Source: an uncultured Pseudomonadota bacterium (GTDB taxonomy: Bacteria; SAR324; NAC60-12). Taken from it: DNA of 11,853 nt. Position 1 is the first letter of the stretch, and each line of letters begins with the position of its first letter. Both the position numbers and the translations under genes were made by a program. Where the stretch lies: positions 1-11,853 of the forward strand of contig CAJWCD010000113.1 in the NCBI GenBank assembly GCA_913020725.1, written 5' to 3'. The notes beneath the pieces are model-generated. The model saw nothing but the letters and a program-made list of their open reading frames with translations, had not been told where the DNA came from and made no database searches. Of this stretch, positions 7,144 to 11,853 are shown in pieces.

Positions 7144-8415
7144 ATGGCCACTGCCGGGCCGTCAAAACCCACCGTTTTCGCTCGTGTGCTGGAGGTGCTG
7201 GACACCGACCCTCCGGAACTGTTGCTGCTCATCGAGGATCAAGTCCGCCAATACCCTGCGCCACAAACGCCTCCCCCTCCTCCGGGAACGCTGCTTCCTC
7301 TTGACCAGTTCGGGAAATCGACTCCTTCCGGCAAAGGGGGGCAGGGGGGATTTTTGCTGGCAAATTCGGACTCCGGAACGCCCGGACACTTGGGTGCAGA
7401 TGCGCTCCGCTGGCGAAGCTTGGGGCACGCTCCAAGCCGCATGGCCCTGCTGCGTTTCCGGCAGCAGATGCTCCGGGAACTGCGGGCGTGGTTTGACGAG
7501 CGGGATTTTCTGGAGGTGGAAACCCCGCTACTCGTGTCTGCACCCAACCCGGAGGCGCAGTTCCAGCCCTTTGCCGTCACGGTCGAAGGCGCATCCGAGC
7601 CTGCCGGATTTCTGATCACCTCTCCCGAATTCCAGATGAAGCGGATGCTCGTGGGCGGTTTTCCTCGCATCTACCAAATCTGCCGCTGCTTCCGGGGGTT
7701 GGAGTCGGGCCAGCGGCACAATCCCGAATTTTCCATGCTGGAGTGGTATCGGGCAGGTGGAACGGTCGAGGACTTGGTGCAGGATGTGGAGGGCTTTATT
7801 TCTGCGCTCCAGCATACGGTTTCCGGGTTGCGCGGCATCACTCCACCACGCTTGCCCAAACCACCGTGGCACTGGATCACCGTGCAGGAGTTGTTCTGGC
7901 AGCATTTCCAACTGGACTTGGATGAACTTCCGGACGCTGCACGGCTTCGAGAAGCCGCCGTGGTCCAAGGATATGCGGATTGCTTGGCAGGTGCAGAGAG
8001 CTACGACGATGTGTTTTTTCGACTTTGGGATCGGCTGGAGCCGGAACTCGGACACGAGGGGCCGCTTTTCGTTCATGCGTGGCCCCTGCCGCTCGCCAGC
8101 CTCGCCCGTGAACTTCCTGATCTTCCGGGTTATGCCGATCGGCTGGAACTCTATGTTGACGGTTTGGAACTCGCCAACGGCTTCGGCGAACTCACCGATC
8201 CTGCCGAACAGCGCCGACGCTTCGAGAGCGACCTCAAGAACCGCACAGCCTCCGGGCGCGCTGCCGTGCCCTTGGACAATGCTTTTCTCGACAGCCTTGA
8301 GGAGGCCATGCCTCCGGCGGCAGGCATGGCGCTGGGGATCGAACGCTTATTGATGTGGCTGTCCGGAACTCAGGACATTCGGGAGGTGCTGGCCTTTGCG
8401 TGGGGTGAACGTTGA
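7144..8415 (+). CDS. epmA: EF-P lysine aminoacylase (EF-P--(R)-beta-lysine ligase, EpmA/GenX/PoxA) with ~90-aa N-terminal extension
   Basis: Class II LysRS catalytic core without a full anticodon domain: FLEVETP, LITSPEFQMKRML, YQICRCFR, RHNPEFSMLEWYR, ELYVDGLELANGFGELTD, GMALGIERL. It lies in the same block as efp. GGAG at 7136-7139 precedes ATG 7144, 1 nt after the upstream stop. Confidence 0.93.
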   Translation: MATAGPSKPTVFARVLEVLDTDPPELLLLIEDQVRQYPAPQTPPPPPGTLLPLDQFGKSTPSGKGGQGGFLLANSDSGTPGHLGADALRWRSLGHAPSRMALLRFRQQMLRELRAWFDERDFLEVETPLLVSAPNPEAQFQPFAVTVEGASEPAGFLITSPEFQMKRMLVGGFPRIYQICRCFRGLESGQRHNPEFSMLEWYRAGGTVEDLVQDVEGFISALQHTVSGLRGITPPRLPKPPWHWITVQELFWQHFQLDLDELPDAARLREAAVVQGYADCLAGAESYDDVFFRLWDRLEPELGHEGPLFVHAWPLPLASLARELPDLPGYADRLELYVDGLELANGFGELTDPAEQRRRFESDLKNRTASGRAAVPLDNAFLDSLEEAMPPAAGMALGIERLLMWLSGTQDIREVLAFAWGER

Positions 8416-8418
8416 ATC

Positions 8419-8805
8419 TCAACCCTTGGCTTCCACGAGGTGATCGCGGACGAGGCCGAAAAATTCGCTGGGGGTTTTCTCCGGATTGGGGTAGCGCCAG
8501 CCGAGGTGCTGGTTACACACGGAGCAGTTGAGGATGACCCACGGGTAGCCCGGAAACCAGGTGTTCTCCCAGATTTCCGGAGAGCAGTCCGAGACGGACT
8601 GGCACTGAGTGAGGGTGAGAATGGTGAAGAGGATGCCAACAGGGTTTTGGAACACTCGGTAGGGTGAGGCGCCGTCTACGCTGATGAGGTGCCGGTGGTC
8701 GGCAATGGGGGTGTGACAGTCCTTGCACAGCCAGCGGATTGAACCGCCCTGCTTGCGCTCCTTGAGGTGCTGTGTGGACTCGGTTGGCAGGAGGTCCAGC
8801 AGCAT
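8419..8805 (-). CDS. Cereblon family protein (stand-alone CULT / thalidomide-binding domain)
   Basis: Two zinc-binding CxxC motifs (CKDC, CSVC), FQNPVG, ENTWFPGYPW, HLGWRY and FFGL. All three cage tryptophans are present. The RBS GAGGA overlaps the upstream stop. Confidence 0.9.
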   Translation of the reverse strand: MLLDLLPTESTQHLKERKQGGSIRWLCKDCHTPIADHRHLISVDGASPYRVFQNPVGILFTILTLTQCQSVSDCSPEIWENTWFPGYPWVILNCSVCNQHLGWRYPNPEKTPSEFFGLVRDHLVEAKG

Positions 8806-8811
8806 GGTTCC

Positions 8812-9663
8812 TCAATCGATGACGATCACCACCCTCGCTTCGCGCAGGAAGTTGAGATGCTTGGCGATTTTCCGCAAGGCCGAGGCCGTGTCGTTGCCGA
8901 GTACGAGATCGGTGCGGTTTGCTCCTGACGCCCCAACCGCCTGAACCACCAGCGGATTGGGCTGCACCCGGTCGTTGCCCCGAGCCTGGTCGATGGTTTT
9001 GACGTAGCCCGCCATGCCGTGCTTTTGTACGAACTCCTGAGCGACATACGCGGAACCATAAAGTTCCACGCCGTCCTCGTCCACAATCTTCGGGGACATC
9101 GCCGGTTGCACATCCGTGCCTCGGGCATCAACCACGAGTCCAGAATAAACCTGGTTGTGGTCAATGCGGTTGCTCGGTTGCACGGTGTTGACGGGAGCCG
9201 GGATTTCCTGCGGAGGCCCAGCTTGGGGGGTGGCGTACAACTCTTGGGGAATGGTCTCCCGGAGTGACGCTTCCATGCGGATACGGACGCTACCGTCCGA
9301 GAAGTAACGTGGAGTGCCAACGACCCGCAGACCATACAGCACCCCTTGGATGCGAGTCCGGACGGTGTCGTCTTGGAGCATCGCATCCTTGAGGGTCGTT
9401 GTCGAGGAGAGATTGACGCCCTTGGCCATCTCAAGGATGTTACGGGCGGCGTCCAGTCGGGCGGCACGTTCAGCAGTCGCGTTTTTCTGCGCTACGCTTT
9501 TCGCGGTTTGCGCAGGCACCCCAATACCTTCGGCAATGATCAACTGGCGATCCCAGTCAATGCAAGCCGAGTCTCCCTGCTGGGAGCAACTCTGGCTAAG
9601 GTTTTCCGCTGCTGCCAAGGTGGCCATCAAGATGATGGCCACTGCTGTCAAAAACTGCCGCAT
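8812..9663 (-). CDS. Exported LPP20-like domain protein
   Basis: Signal peptide. IDW..IIAEGIG..AERAARLDAARNILE...GVNLSSTTTLKDAML (LPP20-like), plus a C-terminal YSGLVVDARG..PAMSPKIVDEDG.ELYG..NPLVV domain. Strong GAGGAGG RBS. Confidence 0.7.
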   Translation of the reverse strand: MRQFLTAVAIILMATLAAAENLSQSCSQQGDSACIDWDRQLIIAEGIGVPAQTAKSVAQKNATAERAARLDAARNILEMAKGVNLSSTTTLKDAMLQDDTVRTRIQGVLYGLRVVGTPRYFSDGSVRIRMEASLRETIPQELYATPQAGPPQEIPAPVNTVQPSNRIDHNQVYSGLVVDARGTDVQPAMSPKIVDEDGVELYGSAYVAQEFVQKHGMAGYVKTIDQARGNDRVQPNPLVVQAVGASGANRTDLVLGNDTASALRKIAKHLNFLREARVVIVID

Positions 9664-9690
9664 CCGCCTCCTCTGCTTTGTGTTTAGCGG

Positions 9691-11769
9691 TTAGACATCC
9701 TTCATACTCAAGGAAATCTTGCCGCGTCGGTCCAACCCGGTTGCCTTCACGGTGATAATGTCGCCCTCGTTTACCACATCGGTGACATTCTTCACGCGCT
9801 CCTCCGAGAGATTGGAGATATGCACAAGCCCTTCCGTTCCGGGAAAGATCTCCACGAAAGCGCCAAAATCAACCACTTTCTTGACGGGTCCGGTGTACAC
9901 TTCGCCAATTTCAACCGACCGAGTGAGATCACGGACCATTTCCAATGCGACATCCACAGCCTGATGGTCGCGGGACGCGATGGAAACCACACCATCGTCA
10001 TCAACATTGATTTTGACTCCGGTTTTCTCAACGATGCCCTTGATCACCTTACCGCCTGGGCCGATCACTGCGCCGATCTTGCTCTGCGGAATCTTGTGGG
10101 TGATGAAGCGTGGTGCATGGTTGGAGAGTCCCACGCGAGGTTGACCAAGGCTTTCATCCATGATCTTGAGGATGTGTTGCCGTCCTTCAAGGGCTTGCTC
10201 AAGCGCGTTGCTCACAATCTCCTTCTTGAGCCCCTGAATCTTGATGTCCATCTGCAAGGCAGTCACACCTTTTTCTGTGCCTACGACCTTGAAATCCATG
10301 TCACCCAAATGATCCTCATCGCCAAGGATGTCCGAGAGAATGACAGAATCTCCGGAATCTTCGTCGAAGATCAAACCCATGGCAATACCCGCAGTGTTCC
10401 GGGGTAGCGGAACTCCTGCGTCCATCATGGCCAGCGATCCGGCGCAAACCGTCGCCATCGATGAGGATCCGTTGGATTCAAGAATTTCAGAAACCAGCCG
10501 GATCGTGTACGGGAAAGTTTCTTTGCCCGGCAGCATCGGCGTGAGTCCTTTTTCCGCAAGATAGCCGTGGCCAATTTCGCGACGACCCGGACCTCGTGGA
10601 GGCCGGGCTTCTCCGACGGAAAAGCTAGGGAAGTTGTAGTGCAGCATGAACTTCTTGAACGACAATCCTTTGAGATTGTCAATCATCTGCTCGTCTTCAC
10701 GGGTGCCTAAGGTAGTCACAGCCAACGCCTGCGTCTCTCCACGAGTGAAAAGCGCAGAGCCGTGTGCACGCGGCAACACTTGAGTTTCGCAGGTGATTTG
10801 GCGGATGTCCTTGGGGCCGCGTCCGTCAATCCGGATGGAATCGGTGAGAATGCGTTTCCGCATTTCATCCTTCTTAATACTTCCGAAGCGTTCTTTGACT
10901 TCTGTTGTATCGGCGGCTTCCGGCTCATCGCCCAACACCTCGGTAAGTACTTCTTCCTTAAGGGCGTCCATGCGAGCATAGCGTTCCTGCTTGTCGCTGA
11001 TGCGCAGCGCCTCTTGAATTCGGCTGGTGGCAACCGAGTCGACTTTTTGCTGGAGTTCGACCTTGACCTTCGGAACTGGAACCGTGCGCTTCTCCTTGCC
11101 AACACGCTTGACCAGTTCTTCCTGCATCGCGATGATCGGTTGAATCTGCTCGTGTCCGTACCAGATGGCTTCCTGCATCACTGCTTCCGACACCTCATCG
11201 GCTTCTCCTTCCACCATCAGGATGGCTTCTTTCGAACCTGCCATGAAGATGTTGAGTTCGCTTTCCTCAAATTGTGCCGGAGTGGGATTGGTGATGAATT
11301 CGCCGTCCACACGCCCTACGCGAATGCCGCCGATCGGATTGTGAAACGGAATGTCTGAAAGACAGAGTGCTGCAGACGAACCAATCATCGCGGCCACGTC
11401 CGCAGGATTTACCAAATCGTGGCTCAGCACGGTCGCCTGCACGATGGTGTTCGCCATGTAGTGCTTCTCGAACGAGGGGCGCAACGGGCGGTCAATGACT
11501 CGGGAGGTTAGTGTTTCATAATCTGAGAGCCGGGCTTCACGCTTAAAGAAGCCTCCGGGAATACGGCCTGCCGCATATTGCTTCTCGACATAGAAGACGG
11601 CGAGCGGGAAAAAATCCTTTTCCCCACCACAGCCTTTGTCCGCAGTGGCGGCAACTAGGACCATGGTGTCTCCGTACTGAACCAGCACGGAACCGTTCGC
11701 CTGTTTAGCAAGGCGTCCGGTTTCGATTGAAAATTCGGCACTGCCGAATTGTGTTTTAACAATTTCCAT
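9691..11769 (-). CDS. pnp: Polyribonucleotide nucleotidyltransferase (PNPase)
   Basis: ETGRLAKQANG, DFFPL, GRIPGGFFKRE, RVIDRPLRP, RIDGR, HGSALFTRGETQ, GRREIGHG, SEILESNGSSSMA, EDHLGDMDFK, a KH motif (IGPGG) and an S1 domain. Confidence 0.99.
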   Translation of the reverse strand: MEIVKTQFGSAEFSIETGRLAKQANGSVLVQYGDTMVLVAATADKGCGGEKDFFPLAVFYVEKQYAAGRIPGGFFKREARLSDYETLTSRVIDRPLRPSFEKHYMANTIVQATVLSHDLVNPADVAAMIGSSAALCLSDIPFHNPIGGIRVGRVDGEFITNPTPAQFEESELNIFMAGSKEAILMVEGEADEVSEAVMQEAIWYGHEQIQPIIAMQEELVKRVGKEKRTVPVPKVKVELQQKVDSVATSRIQEALRISDKQERYARMDALKEEVLTEVLGDEPEAADTTEVKERFGSIKKDEMRKRILTDSIRIDGRGPKDIRQITCETQVLPRAHGSALFTRGETQALAVTTLGTREDEQMIDNLKGLSFKKFMLHYNFPSFSVGEARPPRGPGRREIGHGYLAEKGLTPMLPGKETFPYTIRLVSEILESNGSSSMATVCAGSLAMMDAGVPLPRNTAGIAMGLIFDEDSGDSVILSDILGDEDHLGDMDFKVVGTEKGVTALQMDIKIQGLKKEIVSNALEQALEGRQHILKIMDESLGQPRVGLSNHAPRFITHKIPQSKIGAVIGPGGKVIKGIVEKTGVKINVDDDGVVSIASRDHQAVDVALEMVRDLTRSVEIGEVYTGPVKKVVDFGAFVEIFPGTEGLVHISNLSEERVKNVTDVVNEGDIITVKATGLDRRGKISLSMKDV

Positions 11770-11773
11770 GAAT

Positions 11774-11780
11774 CTCCTTC
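11774..11780 (-). promoter_or_regulatory. Shine-Dalgarno sequence of pnp
   Basis: The minus strand reads GAAGGAG-attc-ATG. Confidence 0.75.
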
Positions 11781-11853
11781 AATGGGATATACATTGTCTC
11801 CCGCACATCATCCAGCCCTGAAACAGTGGTCTGCGTCCGCTCATTTTGGCATC

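Noticed and set aside
4860..7232. Long antisense ORFs (439 aa at 4860-6179 and 304 aa at 6318-7232)
   Set aside because: These are shadows of the cyclase gene caused by codon bias in GC-rich DNA. They have no recognisable motifs.
11780..11796. caatg/cattg hairpin next to the pnp RBS as an autoregulatory element
   Set aside because: The stem is only 5 bp and the leader is truncated by the window edge, so it cannot be supported.
1..11853. CRISPR arrays, tRNA/rRNA, IS elements or prophage genes
   Set aside because: No regularly spaced repeats, cloverleafs, transposase or integrase motifs were seen. Intergenic gaps are all 180 nt or less.

Overview
This is a bacterial chromosomal window of roughly 55-60% GC (estimated by eye). 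The EF-P N-terminus and gene style look Deltaproteobacteria/SAR324-like, which is inference only. There are three transcription blocks. (1) Minus strand, left: a secreted Ig-like repeat protein, an ATC-hydrolase-family protein, and a lipoprotein that runs off the edge and is missing from the ORF track. (2) Plus strand: efp, a very divergent 1175-aa class I adenylate cyclase-like nucleotidyltransferase, then epmA. (3) Minus strand, right: pnp, an LPP20-like exported protein, and a bacterial cereblon (CULT) protein that converges on epmA with a 3-nt gap. The most notable features are the CyaA-like enzyme embedded in the EF-P modification locus with no epmB in view, an EpmA with an N-terminal extension containing PPPPP, a cereblon homologue apparently co-transcribed with pnp, and strong over-representation of the palindrome TCCGGA. 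No RNA genes, CRISPR arrays or mobile elements were seen.
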